A stretch of 60,640 nucleotides of DNA, filler included. It is 5 parts of 5 records of this genome, joined end to end, with 100 filler letters (N's around TTAATTAATTAA, not from the genome) between each part and the next. Parts side by side here need not be neighbours in the genome. Positions count along the whole stretch, not along the records: positions 9,218 to 17,083 come from SRR31147125_20908; positions 17,184 to 28,389 come from SRR31147125_20942; 3 more parts are not named here. One strand, written 5' to 3'. The notes under the pieces were generated by a model, which worked only from the letters and a program-made list of their open reading frames with translations, was not told the DNA's origin and ran no database searches. This document shows positions 9,361 through 20,355 of the stretch, piece after piece (the stretch's first letter is position 1; every line of letters begins with the position of its first letter). The position numbers and the translations under genes are program-made.

Positions 9361-10188
9361 TTATAATTTTGCCCCGCAATATTTACAGTATGTCGCGTCA
9401 CTATCATGCCCCTCCGCACTGCATACAGGGCAGGCTTGTGTCGTTATTTTTTTCTTAAATGCCTGAGTCATCTCCACTGTCACAATACCCGTTGGAACAG
9501 CGATAACGCTGTATCCTGTAATCATGAGAAGGGCTGCCAGTGCCTGGCCGATGTTGGTATTCGGGGAGATATCACCATAGCCAACTGTGGTTAAGGTGAC
9601 GATGGCCCAGTAGATACTTTTGGGAATACTGGTGAAACCATTCTCTTCACCCTCGATCATATACATGAGGGAGCCTACAATAACGACAACGGTCATGACA
9701 GCAAAGAGAAAAACAGTGATTTTGCGGCGGCTGGCTCGCAACGCACTCATGAGTAATTGGGCTTCGCCAAGATATTGAACCAGCTTGAAAATCCGAAAAA
9801 TGCGCAAAACGCGTAAGACGCGGATGACAAGTAAATACTGGCTTCCAGGTAACAGCACACTCAAATAGGTCGGCAAAATAGCTAATAGATCCACTACACC
9901 GAAAAAACTGGTGGCATAACGCATGGGACGGCCTACTGACAGTAATCGAAAAATATATTCGATTGTAAACAAAATAGTAAAAAACCACTCAAGGCAATAT
10001 AAAAGCGAGCCATAAGAGGCTCTTATGCCTCCCACACTATCCAGAAAAACAACAATCACACTCAGTACAATACTGACGATTAGGAGAACATCAAACAACT
10101 TTCCACCAGGCGTGTCTGCCTCAAAAATGATTTCGTGTATTCTGGCCTGCCAGGATCTTTTGGGTTTTAACTCTTCTTTTCGATACAT
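9361..10188 (-). CDS. 6-TM potassium channel (ion transporter family) with C-terminal Zn ribbon
   Basis: S4-like RVLRVLRIFRIFK, selectivity filter TTVGYGD, C-terminal CPVC...CKYCG. Confidence 0.92.
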   Translation of the reverse strand: MYRKEELKPKRSWQARIHEIIFEADTPGGKLFDVLLIVSIVLSVIVVFLDSVGGIRASYGSLLYCLEWFFTILFTIEYIFRLLSVGRPMRYATSFFGVVDLLAILPTYLSVLLPGSQYLLVIRVLRVLRIFRIFKLVQYLGEAQLLMSALRASRRKITVFLFAVMTVVVIVGSLMYMIEGEENGFTSIPKSIYWAIVTLTTVGYGDISPNTNIGQALAALLMITGYSVIAVPTGIVTVEMTQAFKKKITTQACPVCSAEGHDSDATYCKYCGAKL

Positions 10189-10246
10189 TTTTTGTCATTA
10201 ATTTAAATGTAGGATCGTGCTTGTCGTTATGATTTAATAATATGAC

Positions 10247-10618
10247 TCATGATTTTTTATGTGATTTTGGTTTTTTTGGTGCCAGAGTTCGGGTATATTC
10301 CGCAGATTTATCCAGCCACTGTTTCAATATGTTTGTTTCACTCAAAATAGTATTTGGAACCAGAACCAAATCCTTAAAATGACAGTTCGATCGGGGTTCA
10401 TAAGGTCCGCTTCCATTGATTTTGAGCATATCGTCTCTGTGATTTGGAGATAATCTCAATCCCAGCTCTTCGTCGACCAGCATGACAAAAAGATGGCCAT
10501 TAATTCGGGCAGCTGGAAATCCGAACATCTTGCGCTGTTCTGCATCCTCTGGCAACACCTTGACAAATCGTTCCAGCAACCACTGAGGTGAGTTGTTTGC
10601 ACCGTGTTTTGGGCTCAT
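10247..10618 (-). CDS. TfoX/Sxy N-terminal domain protein
   Basis: RKMFG.PA...NGHLF...LRL...W...S..Y...L.PK pattern. Confidence 0.75.
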   Translation of the reverse strand: MSPKHGANNSPQWLLERFVKVLPEDAEQRKMFGFPAARINGHLFVMLVDEELGLRLSPNHRDDMLKINGSGPYEPRSNCHFKDLVLVPNTILSETNILKQWLDKSAEYTRTLAPKKPKSHKKS

Positions 10619-10648
10619 ATTATCCTCTTTAGAGCTAGATGGATAATA

Positions 10649-11422
10649 TTACTTGTTTTTAAATTTGGGTTGCCGTTTTTGCAAAAAGGCATTGATCGCT
10701 TCTGTTTGATCCTCGGTTTGAACACAATGGGCCAAAGCCAGGCTTTCCTCATTGATGAGTGCCTCCACGTCATTGGAATAACGGTTCAGCATTTTTTTCG
10801 ACAACTGATTGGCAATAGGTGCCTTTTTAGCGATTTCCTTGGCTATGTCAAGGGCATTAACCATAAGCTGGTCGTGTGGAAAAACATCATTTACCAATCC
10901 TATTGCCTTAGCTTCCTGCGCGGTGATGACTTTGGCCGTAAAGATCAATTCTTTTGCTCTGGCCACTCCTATATAGCGTGGTAAGCGAAATGTCCCTCCC
11001 CAGCCTGTGATCATACCAACCTTAGATTCCGGTTGAGCAAATTTAGCCATATCAGAGGCATATCGCAGGTCACAGGCACAGGCAAGTTCACAGCCGCCGC
11101 CCAGGGCATAACCGTTTATAGCGGCTAAAACCGGACATGGGAAATTTTCAATTTTATTGAGCACCTTGTGCCCCAACAATGAAAATTGCCTGGCTGTAAA
11201 CGAATCAAAGGCTTGAAGCTCTTTCAGATCCGCTCCTGAGGAAAAAGTTTTACCGGTTCCGGTGATGATTAATACTCTGAGATCTTTTACTTTCAACACA
11301 TCAAGCCGTTTTTCCAGATCTTTTAGCATGTCAAAATTAAAGGCATTAAACGTATCCAGCCGGTCAAGTTTCAGAAGCACAATATGTTCTGATAATTGTT
11401 CTTCAATAAAATACTGACTCAT
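10649..11422 (-). CDS. Enoyl-CoA hydratase/isomerase (crotonase family)
   Basis: FSSGADLKE, AINGYALGGGCELACACD, FAQPE...G...GWGGT.RL. Confidence 0.93.
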   Translation of the reverse strand: MSQYFIEEQLSEHIVLLKLDRLDTFNAFNFDMLKDLEKRLDVLKVKDLRVLIITGTGKTFSSGADLKELQAFDSFTARQFSLLGHKVLNKIENFPCPVLAAINGYALGGGCELACACDLRYASDMAKFAQPESKVGMITGWGGTFRLPRYIGVARAKELIFTAKVITAQEAKAIGLVNDVFPHDQLMVNALDIAKEIAKKAPIANQLSKKMLNRYSNDVEALINEESLALAHCVQTEDQTEAINAFLQKRQPKFKNK

Positions 11423-11426
11423 TTTT

Positions 11427-12974
11427 TCAAATCTCTGACAGGTTCATTTTTACAGGCTTGAATATTCTGGCGTCCATTGTTTTGAGAGAGTCACTTATTT
11501 TTGGTGTGAATTCCATTTGTGCCAGGATATCCCGTTCTAGTTCCACACCCGGAGCGATTTCAATCAGTTCCAGGCCATCTGCTGATAGTTTAAAGACAGC
11601 TCTTTCCGTTACGTAAAATACCTCCTGGTTATGCTGGGTGGCATATTCACCACTAAAGGTTATTTGTTCAACGTTTGGAATGAACTTTTTGACTTTTCCT
11701 TCCTGAAGGATTTTTAGCTTGCCACCGGAGATATCTACTTTTAATCCTCCTGCTGTGAATGTGGCGCAAAAGACGACTTGCTTGGCATTTTGTGAGATAT
11801 CTATGAATCCACCGGCTCCCGGAATGTTTTTACCGAATTTGCTCACATTCACATTGCCATGTTGATCTACCTGTGCCATACCAAGGAAAGTAGTATCCAG
11901 ACCGCCACCATGGTAAAAATCAAATTGTGAAGGTGCGTCAAGAATGACATCCGGATTAAATCCGGCACCAAAAATGGCACCCTTGGCTGGTACGCCACCA
12001 ACAATGCCCTGTTCCACTGTTAAAATGATTTTATCGCTTAAATTTTCCTCAGCCGCGATGTTGGCCACACCATCGGAAATGCCAAAACCCAAATTGACAA
12101 TGGTGCCGACCTTTAATTCCAAAGCCGCTCTTCGTGCCACTATTTTTCTGATGTTAAAGTCAAGTGTCGCAATTTCATCCATTGGGATGCGAACCTCACC
12201 TGAGAAGGACGGATTGTATTCCCCTTCAGAGGTCTGCCATTGATCCGGATTAACAACCACGGCGTCCACCATAAAGCCGGGCACCTTGACAAGTCTCGGA
12301 TTCAATGTTTTCTTTTGGGCTAATCTTTTGACCTGGGCAATAACAATACCCTTGCTGTTATAAGCGGCCTGAGCAGCAGATGTGATGTCCAGATCCACGG
12401 CTTCCTGCTCAACCGAGATATTTCCCTCTTCGTCAGCTGTGGTGCCTCGAAGGATTGTGACGTTTATTGGAAAGGATTTATAAAATAAAAGTTCTTCACC
12501 GCCCATATTGACGAGTTCGACCAGGTCTTCTGATGCTTTTTGATTGAGTTTACCTCCTTGAAGGCGGGGATCAATAAAGGTTTTTAGTCCCACACGTGTC
12601 AACAGCCCATTTCGGCCGCCGGCAATTTCACGGGTTAAAAGAGACAATATACCCTGAGGTAAATTATAGGCTTCAATTTCATTATCAATGGCTAACTTTA
12701 TCATCTCCGCAGACCAACCCCAATGGCCGCCGATAATTCTTTTCACCAAACCCTTGTGGGCAAAGTGAGTTATTCCGGTTTTATTGCCACTGCCAATGCC
12801 TGTGACATGCACCAGCGTTATATCGTTAGGTGTACCGGTTTCCAGATACCTTTTCTCGATGGCCTGATATATGAATTCGGCATCCATAAGGCCACCACCC
12901 GAGCCAGTGATTAATACTGTGTCATTTTTCTTAATTAACTGACTGGCCTGTTCCGCTGTTATAACTTTGCTCAT
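11427..12974 (-). CDS. Family I acyl-CoA:acetate/3-ketoacid CoA transferase (YdiF/Pct-like)
   Basis: GLKTFIDPR, VNLGFGI, catalytic TVEQG, GNVNVSKFG, GGFIDISQ, YVTERAVF. Confidence 0.92.
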   Translation of the reverse strand: MSKVITAEQASQLIKKNDTVLITGSGGGLMDAEFIYQAIEKRYLETGTPNDITLVHVTGIGSGNKTGITHFAHKGLVKRIIGGHWGWSAEMIKLAIDNEIEAYNLPQGILSLLTREIAGGRNGLLTRVGLKTFIDPRLQGGKLNQKASEDLVELVNMGGEELLFYKSFPINVTILRGTTADEEGNISVEQEAVDLDITSAAQAAYNSKGIVIAQVKRLAQKKTLNPRLVKVPGFMVDAVVVNPDQWQTSEGEYNPSFSGEVRIPMDEIATLDFNIRKIVARRAALELKVGTIVNLGFGISDGVANIAAEENLSDKIILTVEQGIVGGVPAKGAIFGAGFNPDVILDAPSQFDFYHGGGLDTTFLGMAQVDQHGNVNVSKFGKNIPGAGGFIDISQNAKQVVFCATFTAGGLKVDISGGKLKILQEGKVKKFIPNVEQITFSGEYATQHNQEVFYVTERAVFKLSADGLELIEIAPGVELERDILAQMEFTPKISDSLKTMDARIFKPVKMNLSEI

Positions 12975-13003
12975 CGTACTGTACCTCTAATAGTTTTTTC
13001 TGG

Positions 13004-13067
13004 GATATGCTGGCCCGTTTGACTGATTTTAACTCTGAAAAATGTCAATTAAATGAGCCAGCATATC
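13004..13067. repeat. Long intergenic inverted repeat (possible terminator or stabilising stem)
   Basis: GATATGCTGGC (13004-13014) pairs with GCCAGCATATC (13057-13067); inner TTGAC/GTCAA also pair. Confidence 0.55.
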
Positions 13068-13096
13068 AGTCCGTACCATATATATAAATCATGACG

Positions 13097-15102
13097 TTAT
13101 TTATTTTCAGTTAAAAGCGATCTAACAAGTGCCTCTGTGCGTGGTAACCATACCGCCATTTCTCCTACGCCCCTGTGAGACCAGGCATAGTAGGGGATGG
13201 CGGTAACGTTTACTTTTTTGCTTTTTAAGGAATTTCCATCCAGAATCAGACTTTTCGTTTTGCCTTTGATTACATAGAGACCACCTAGCAGATCTTTTTG
13301 CTCTGTGACTTTTAATTTAGATTCATCCGATAAAATCAGATTCGTGATCGAGCCGCCGTTATCGATCCCTTCAACACAATAAACAATAGGACCACGTTCA
13401 AGTGCAACACGTTCTCTGTTATCCACTACTTTTTCATTACTGAAAACACGCCGGATCGGCATGTCTAATTCCAGTTCTATTGTATCGCCTTTTTTCCATG
13501 TCCGATGGATAGCGGCATAGCCATTTTCCGGTTTTAAGGGTTGTTCACTGCCATTAATTTTGAGCTTTATACTGTTCTTCTTTTTGTTTTATAAAAATAT
13601 AGATCACTGGGTACAGGTTGTCCCTGAGCCCAGCCTGGTATGCGGATATTAACAGTAAATTCTGCTGATTGGTCCGGATCGATTGTTAGCTTTACCTTTC
13701 CATCCCAGGGATAGTTGGTTTCTTGTTTTATATTCACTTTTGTTTTTGCTATTTCCACTGTTCCGCTGTTACCAATATACAGATTTACATATAATTGCTG
13801 ATCCCGAACAGCATATATATAACCTGGTAATGAAGGAATAAATCGGACAATATTAACAGGGCAACAGGAACAACTAAACCAGGGTTGTCGTGTTGCAGAA
13901 CCGTTGTTAAACTCGTATTTTCCATCTGAAGCAAGGGGGTTCGGGTAAAAGAATTTGTTTCCCTCAAGAGAAATACCGGAAAGAAAACCGTTATAAATGA
14001 CACGTTCGAGAACATCAATATATTTACTATCACCATGCAATAAAAATAAACGATGGTTCCAGAACGCATTGGCAATAGCCGCACAGGTTTCATTATACGC
14101 CGTGGCATTAGGTAATTCATAGGCGTCGCCAAAGGCTTCATGTTTATGTCGTGCTCCAATACCTCCGGTTAAATATAACTTTTTGGTGACAACATTATCC
14201 CAGATTCGATCGATGGCCTGGATATAATCGGCATTATTTGTCAGGGCAGCGATGTCAGCCATACCGGTATACATATAGCCGGCTCGTACGGAATGGCCAA
14301 CTGCCTCAGATTGCTCAAGCACGGGTTTATGAGCCTGCAGATATTTCCCATACAGTTCCGGGTCGTTGGCGCGACCGCGTTCATCCAGAAAATATTTCGC
14401 TAATTCCAGGTAATTTTTATTACCAGTAACCCGGTAGAGTTTTGCCAGGCCAATTTCGATTTCCTGATGCCCGGGTACCCCTCGTTTTTTATCCGGACCA
14501 AACACTTTGTAAATTAGATCTGCGCTTTTTATGGCCACATTCAATAATGATCGTTTACCCGTAGCCTGAAAATAGGCGACAGCTGCTTCATACATATGCC
14601 CGACATTGTAAAATTCATGACTGTGGCATAGATAGGACCAGCGTTCCTGCCCTGCATTTTTTGGTAATTTTTCCGGCTGAATAGTCCTGATTGTATAAAG
14701 ATAACCATCGTCCTCCTGGGCTGCTGCAATCTTTACAATAAGATCATCCAGATATTTTTCCAGTTGCGGATCCGGGTGTGTGCTGAGAGAGTAGGCAGCA
14801 CCTTCAATTACTTTATAAACATCCGAATCATTAAAATAGATACCTTCAAAATCACCTTCCATTAAACCACCAGCTATGGCGAAATTATTAATACGGCCTG
14901 TTTCCTCACATTTTTTAAAATCATAAGGAATTGTGACTGTACGGTTGGTTTCAATTCTGGGTGTCCAGAATTGATCCTGAATGTGAACCTGGTTAAATGG
15001 CACTGGCTTTATAGGGTAATCTTTATTTATATCAGCTGCATGCAGGAGATTTGGCAATAAAAGTACTATTGTCAGGGAAATAATATTTATCACTCTTTTC
15101 AT
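13097..15102 (-). CDS. Glycoside hydrolase family 127 (beta-L-arabinofuranosidase-like), signal peptide, frameshifted near 13575-13590
   Basis: DSDVYKVIE, GHQEIE, VGHSVRA, YNETCAAI, FFYPNPL, CSCCPVN; the C-terminal ...RTWKKGDTIELELDMPIRRV...GPIVYCVE...IPYYAWSHRG continues in a shifted frame. Confidence 0.9.
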
Positions 15103-15180
15103 TTTGTTTTTCCTTCCAGACCATTAAGTATATACGAGTTGTATGTTCAAAATAAAAGATGTTATGAAAATTATCAGCTA

Positions 15181-17083
15181 TTATTTTATGCTTGTCATTG
15201 AATAGGGTGCATCCTGCGGATCAGCTCCCAACTCTTTGTTTGGTTCGGCACCCATCTTCATTACAATATGTCCACCATCTTTGATGACAGCATGATCAAA
15301 CCAGGGCTTGGTCCACTCTTTTCCATTTATTGTAACCGATTGAACATAAATATTTTCCTCAGAGGCATTCTGGGCTTCCAGGACAAAGGTTTTACCCGCA
15401 TAAAAACGGTCGTCAAGGTGAATGGTCACCTTTTCAAATATCGGACTACCAAAGACATACTGTGTGGTTCCCGGACAGACAGGATAAAATCCCATACTGC
15501 TGAAAATAAGCCACGCAGACATCTGGCCGGCATCATCATTTCCGCTCAAGCCTGCCGGTCCGGTGTTATAATTTGCTATCATGGCTTTTCGAACCTGTTC
15601 CTGAGTTTTCCATGGCGCGCCGGCGAAACTGTAGAGATAGGGGATTTGATGACTTGGTTCATTGTCCTGACGGTAAAATCCCTGTGCAAAGAATGTATCC
15701 AGTTTTTTAATAAAGGTTTGACGGTCACCCATCAGGTCAATCAGGCCCTGGACATCATGAGGAACGAACCAGGTATAAACCCAGGGTGTGGCCTCTGTGA
15801 TGTACTTGTGATTTTTACCCGGATCAAACTGGGCATCCCAGCGACCATCTCTGTGGCGACCTCGTACAAAGCCTGTGGATATATCAAACACATTTTTATA
15901 AAAGAATGCCTGGTTTTGAAATTTCTTATAATCACTCTTTTTCCCTAATTCTTTGGCAAATTCAGCAAGGCAGAAATCATCATAAGCATACTCCAGTGTT
16001 CTGGAGACCTGTTCCCCTTTGTGGAACGCTTCCAATACCGGATTTTCCATTGGGATGTAACCCAGCTGTAAATAATCATCAAGCGCCCGCCGACCTTTTC
16101 CGTCCACATAATCCGCCTTATTTTCAGGCATTTCAGTTGCATTTTTACGCATATATGAAAAAGCCTTTTCCGTATCAAAGTCCTGAAAACCTTTTTTATA
16201 TGCGTCAACGATCATGGAAATACAATGATCGCCAATCATCTCAGTTGTATAGCTGTTCCATGAAGGAAAAATGGGTAACCACCCTCCCTGGTCCGCCTTG
16301 ACCAGTAAGGATTGAATCATGTCCTTTATTAATACCGGCTCTAAAATTAATAAAAGAGGATGCTGAGCGCGAAACGTATCCCACATGGAATAGTCATCAT
16401 AATAAGTAAAAGACGTTGCCTTGTGTACGTCGTTATCGTCAGCAAAACCAACATAGGAACCATCCGCATCACCGAAAACACGAGGCAGCAGCAGGGAGTG
16501 ATAAAGGGCTGTATAAAAGTTTGTTTTTGCTTCTTCATCTGAACTCTGCACTTCTATTTTTCCTAAAGCGTCCTGCCAGGTTTTTTTTGCGGTATTTTTA
16601 ACAGTTTCAAAATCCCATTCCTGATTTTCTGCGTCGAGATTTTTTCGTGCCTGTTCGATGCTTGTAAAGGAACATCCGATTTTGACTTCAACCACATCAC
16701 CTGCTTTGGTATCAAATTTAATATAAGCGCCTGGTTGGCCTTTTGTTTCTGTACTATTTGTATTTGTCTCATTTTCCGTCCAGGTGCCAAAAGTTTTAAA
16801 AGGTTTACTGAAACGAGCGACAAAATGCCCGCTGAAACCGGCTGGCTTACCTGTGCTGATATAATATCGAAAAGCCGGGTTCGAGCCGACAATTTCGTTT
16901 TTCTCCGGAATAACCTGAACAAAGGCATCTCCATGAGTATGTGGTGCTTTTGGGGTATTATTTGGTTGCACCAATATATAAGCGCTATCCGTCTCTGGAA
17001 AAGTAAACCGAAGATAGCCGGTTCGTAAGGTGCTGGTACATTCCGCTTTTATTTGATAATCCTGGAGCGCGACACTATAATAA
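15181..17083 (-). CDS. Glycoside hydrolase family 92 (alpha-mannosidase-like), 5' truncated at contig end
   Basis: FYTALYH, SMWDTFRAQHPL, EMIGDH, SRTLEYAYDD, NEPSH, GNDDAGQMSAW; frame stays open to the contig edge. Confidence 0.93.
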
Positions 17084-17183
17084 NNNNNNNNNNNNNNNNN
17101 NNNNNNNNNNNNNNNNNNNNNNNNNNNTTAATTAATTAANNNNNNNNNNNNNNNNNNNNNNNNNNNNNNNNNNNNNNNNNNNN
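17084..17183. other. Artificial contig spacer
   Basis: N44-TTAATTAATTAA-N44. Confidence 0.99.
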
Positions 17184-17185
17184 AG

Positions 17186-17443
17186 TATGCCGGTTATACC
17201 CATGAGGCTTCAGGGCATAACCCGAGAAGTAAGACCAAAGAACGGGTAAAAAGACGTTTTTACCACAAATTAAGTTATCAATACGTTAACCAGGATGGTC
17301 ATCCTGGTTGTGTAGGGTGTGGTCGTTGTATAACTGTTTGTGAGGCTTTTAATTTACTGGATATCGCAGCAGTCGTGAAACGGTTACGGCGTGGTGATTT
17401 ACTAGAATCAAGTAACAAGACTTTTGAAACGTCACCCGCCTGA
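17186..17443 (+). CDS. C-terminal part of an AsrA / sulfhydrogenase-beta / FlxB-like 4Fe-4S dicluster protein (not in the ORF track)
   Basis: Translated by eye: YAGYTHEASGHNPRSKTKERVKRRFYHKLSY...GCVGCGRCITVC...ETSPA*. GHNPR, R..HK and CVGCGRC are typical of AsrA-like subunits. Confidence 0.85.
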   Translation, partial: YAGYTHEASGHNPRSKTKERVKRRFYHKLSYQYVNQDGHPGCVGCGRCITVCEAFNLLDIAAVVKRLRRGDLLESSNKTFETSPA

Positions 17444-17518
17444 TAGGTATCATTACATTATTTTTTCTGATTCTAATCCTTTAATTCTATTTGACCAGAT
17501 TTCAGGAACAATATTAAT

Positions 17519-18343
17519 ATGGAAAATATTTATCTGCCGCAACTTGCCAGCATTGATCATATTACGGATGAAACGCCTGATACAAAAACCTTTACCCTGC
17601 ATTTTTTGGATCCGGGTTTTAATGATAAATTCCGCTTTAAATCAGGCCAATTTGCAGAGATCTCCGTGTTCGGTATCGGTGAAGCGCCCTTTGGTTTCAG
17701 CTCAAATCCGTCCAGACATGGGAGTTTTGACGTTACTGTTCGAGCCATCGGCAGTGTAACGGATGCCATGCACAAGATGAAACCTGGAGATATTCTGGGT
17801 GTACGTGCACCGCTTGGGAATCATTTTCCTTTTGAAGAAGCCCAGGGATATGATATTCTTTTTGTTGCCGGCGGTATAGGACTGCCACCACTAAAATCAC
17901 TCATAGAACCAATGCTGGATAAACGAGGTGATTTTGGAGAATTCACTATTTTATATGGTTCTCGTACACCACAAGACCTTGTTTTTAAACCCATTTTAAA
18001 CGAATGGACGGAACGCACAGACGTGAATGTTTTACAAACAGTGGATCGAGCCGATAATGGTTGGACTGGAAATGTTGGAGTTGTAACAACCCTTTTTGAA
18101 AATATAAAATTGGACGTATCAAAAACAGTTGCTTTTACGTGCGGCCCCCCTATTATGATCCGTTTTGTTATTCAGGAATTACTGGCAATGGGTTTATCTG
18201 AGCGCTGCATTATTTCAACTCTTGAAAGACAAATGAAATGCGGTGTTGGAAAATGCGGGCACTGTGCAATTGGCAATCAATATATTTGTGTCGATGGTCC
18301 GGTTTTTTCATATGAACAAATGAAAAAATTACCTGAAAAATAA
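17519..18343 (+). CDS. AsrB / sulfhydrogenase-gamma / FlxA-like FAD, NAD(P) and 2Fe-2S protein
   Basis: GQF...GEAPF, AGGIGLPPL, YGSRTP, CGPPIM, ERQMKCGVGKCGHC...CVDGPVF. Confidence 0.9.
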   Translation: MENIYLPQLASIDHITDETPDTKTFTLHFLDPGFNDKFRFKSGQFAEISVFGIGEAPFGFSSNPSRHGSFDVTVRAIGSVTDAMHKMKPGDILGVRAPLGNHFPFEEAQGYDILFVAGGIGLPPLKSLIEPMLDKRGDFGEFTILYGSRTPQDLVFKPILNEWTERTDVNVLQTVDRADNGWTGNVGVVTTLFENIKLDVSKTVAFTCGPPIMIRFVIQELLAMGLSERCIISTLERQMKCGVGKCGHCAIGNQYICVDGPVFSYEQMKKLPEK

Positions 18344-18346
18344 TTT

Positions 18347-18847
18347 ATGAGTGGATTGGATTTCACATCACGTTTACGTTCATTACTGGATGGAAAAAAA
18401 GTCGTATTGATGGGAATTGGTAATCCGTATAGAGGTGATGATGGTGTCGGTACTCTTTTAGCGGAAAAAATCGGATCCCATCATCATTTCGTCAGTATTG
18501 TCTGTGAAGAAATGCCTGAGAATTATACAGGCCTGGTTCGTGCAGAAAATCCGGATGTTATTCTTTTCGCTGACGCGATAAATTTTGGAGGAAAACCCGG
18601 TCAAATCGTCTTTCTTGATCCTAAAAATCTAACAGACGATCGGTTTTCTTCACATCGTCCATCATTACGATTGATCATGGATTATCTGAAAATTGAGACT
18701 AACGCAGAGGTCATATTGTTAGGCATACAGCCAGGAACGATAAACCATACATCTCAATTAAGCCCTGCTATTGAAGAAACATTAAATAAGCTTGTAAAAA
18801 TAGTGGTGGAGCTATCCCAAACTATCAATGAGGATTGGACTCGATGA
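18347..18847 (+). CDS. hycI: Hydrogenase maturation endopeptidase (HycI-like)
   Basis: GIGNPYRGDDGVG, PEN, DA, SSH, LLGIQP. Confidence 0.88.
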   Translation: MSGLDFTSRLRSLLDGKKVVLMGIGNPYRGDDGVGTLLAEKIGSHHHFVSIVCEEMPENYTGLVRAENPDVILFADAINFGGKPGQIVFLDPKNLTDDRFSSHRPSLRLIMDYLKIETNAEVILLGIQPGTINHTSQLSPAIEETLNKLVKIVVELSQTINEDWTR

Positions 18848-20304
18848 TAACATTTATCATGTTAATGATTCTTTTTCCTGCTCTGGGAGCTGTTCTGGCC
18901 GGATTAACAAAACGTAAATTAAGTGATTTAATTGCCTTCTCAAGTGTTACACTTATGTTTATAGTAGCTCTTGTTTTTGTCGTTTCTAATGGATTTAATC
19001 AATTTGTGAAAAATGTCCCTATCGGGTTACCCTGGCTAAATGATCTAGGAGTCTATGGTTTATTTGGCTACCAGATTGATAGTCTGTCTCTGATCTTGCT
19101 TTTGGTAGTTGTCACTCTGGGATTCCTTGTTGTTCTTTACGGGCTCGGATATCTCGGTGTCGGCAACAAAGAACATTCATCAGCCGAAGGTAAAGAACGG
19201 CATCATTTTTGGATGCTTTTGTTTATAGCTTCTATGATTGGAGTGGCCATTTCTCCGAACCTTTTACAACTCTATGTTTTTTGGGAGATGACGACACTTT
19301 GTTCCTGGGCTCTTATTTCACATTATCGTGATGACAAATCGTTACGAGCCGGCTTTAAGGCTCTGCTTATGACTTTTTCAGGAGGCCTTTTCTTTGCCCT
19401 GGCCCTGGTAATTATTTTTGTAAATACACATAGTTTTGAATTTTCAGCTCTTAATGAATTGTCCCCTCAACTTCGTGGTTGGATATTCCTCTTTTTTCTT
19501 ATTGCGGCCTGGGCCAAATCAGCACAAATTCCATTTTTCACCTGGCTGCCTGATGCCATGGCAGCTCCAACAACTGTTTCCATGTACCTGCATGCTGCTG
19601 CGATGGTAAAAGCAGGTGTTTTCCTCATTGCCAGAATCGCTATTGCCAACTCTTCCCTTTCTTTTGGTTCGGGACTTTTGGTAGGCATTATGGCTGTTTT
19701 AACAATGCTGATTTCTGTTTATCTCTTCTTTTATCAGGATGATCTCAAACGGCTGCTTGCCTATTCCACAATTGCCCATTTGAGTTACGTTTTATTAGGT
19801 GTTGGATTAGGTATAATGGGATCTGTAACTGGCTACCGCGGTGGAGTCATGCATATTATGAATCATGGGGTTGGTAAAGGTTTGCTTTTTCTTTGTGTGG
19901 GTGCTATAGCATACTCTACCGGTACTCGAAGTATAAAAGAATTAGGTGGTCTCGCTAAAAAATCACCTGTTATAGCTGTTGCTTTTTTTGCAGGCATGTT
20001 TGCTATTCTTGGCGTTCCACCCTTTTCAGGATTTTGGAGTAAATTTTATCTTCTAATTGGCGCAATCGACGTGGGCGGCACAGTCGGATGGCTTTTACTC
20101 ATTCCTTTTTTGCTTGAAATTATTGTCGCATTTGCATGGTTTCTGCGAGTCGGGCACTCTGTCTTTTTTGGTGCTGTAACACCGGCGCTCGCAAATAACA
20201 GTAAATTACCTTTTACTATTTCTGTGCCGCTCGTTGTAATGACCATTCTTACATTGGTGGCTCCTTTTATTGCCTTGTCACTGGTTAATTATATTGTTCA
20301 ATAG
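18844..20304 (+). CDS. hyfD: Antiporter-like membrane subunit of group 4 hydrogenase (HyfD/NuoL-like)
   Basis: WEMTTLCSWALI, AKSAQIPF..WLPDAMAAPT.VS.YLHAAAMVKAGVFL, DLKRLLAYSTI; ATG 18844 overlaps the hycI stop. Confidence 0.82.
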   Translation: MITFIMLMILFPALGAVLAGLTKRKLSDLIAFSSVTLMFIVALVFVVSNGFNQFVKNVPIGLPWLNDLGVYGLFGYQIDSLSLILLLVVVTLGFLVVLYGLGYLGVGNKEHSSAEGKERHHFWMLLFIASMIGVAISPNLLQLYVFWEMTTLCSWALISHYRDDKSLRAGFKALLMTFSGGLFFALALVIIFVNTHSFEFSALNELSPQLRGWIFLFFLIAAWAKSAQIPFFTWLPDAMAAPTTVSMYLHAAAMVKAGVFLIARIAIANSSLSFGSGLLVGIMAVLTMLISVYLFFYQDDLKRLLAYSTIAHLSYVLLGVGLGIMGSVTGYRGGVMHIMNHGVGKGLLFLCVGAIAYSTGTRSIKELGGLAKKSPVIAVAFFAGMFAILGVPPFSGFWSKFYLLIGAIDVGGTVGWLLLIPFLLEIIVAFAWFLRVGHSVFFGAVTPALANNSKLPFTISVPLVVMTILTLVAPFIALSLVNYIVQ

Positions 20305-20355
20305 GCATTTTAAAAGAGTCTTTTTTTTCATTTTATCCGTAAGAAGGATACATCA

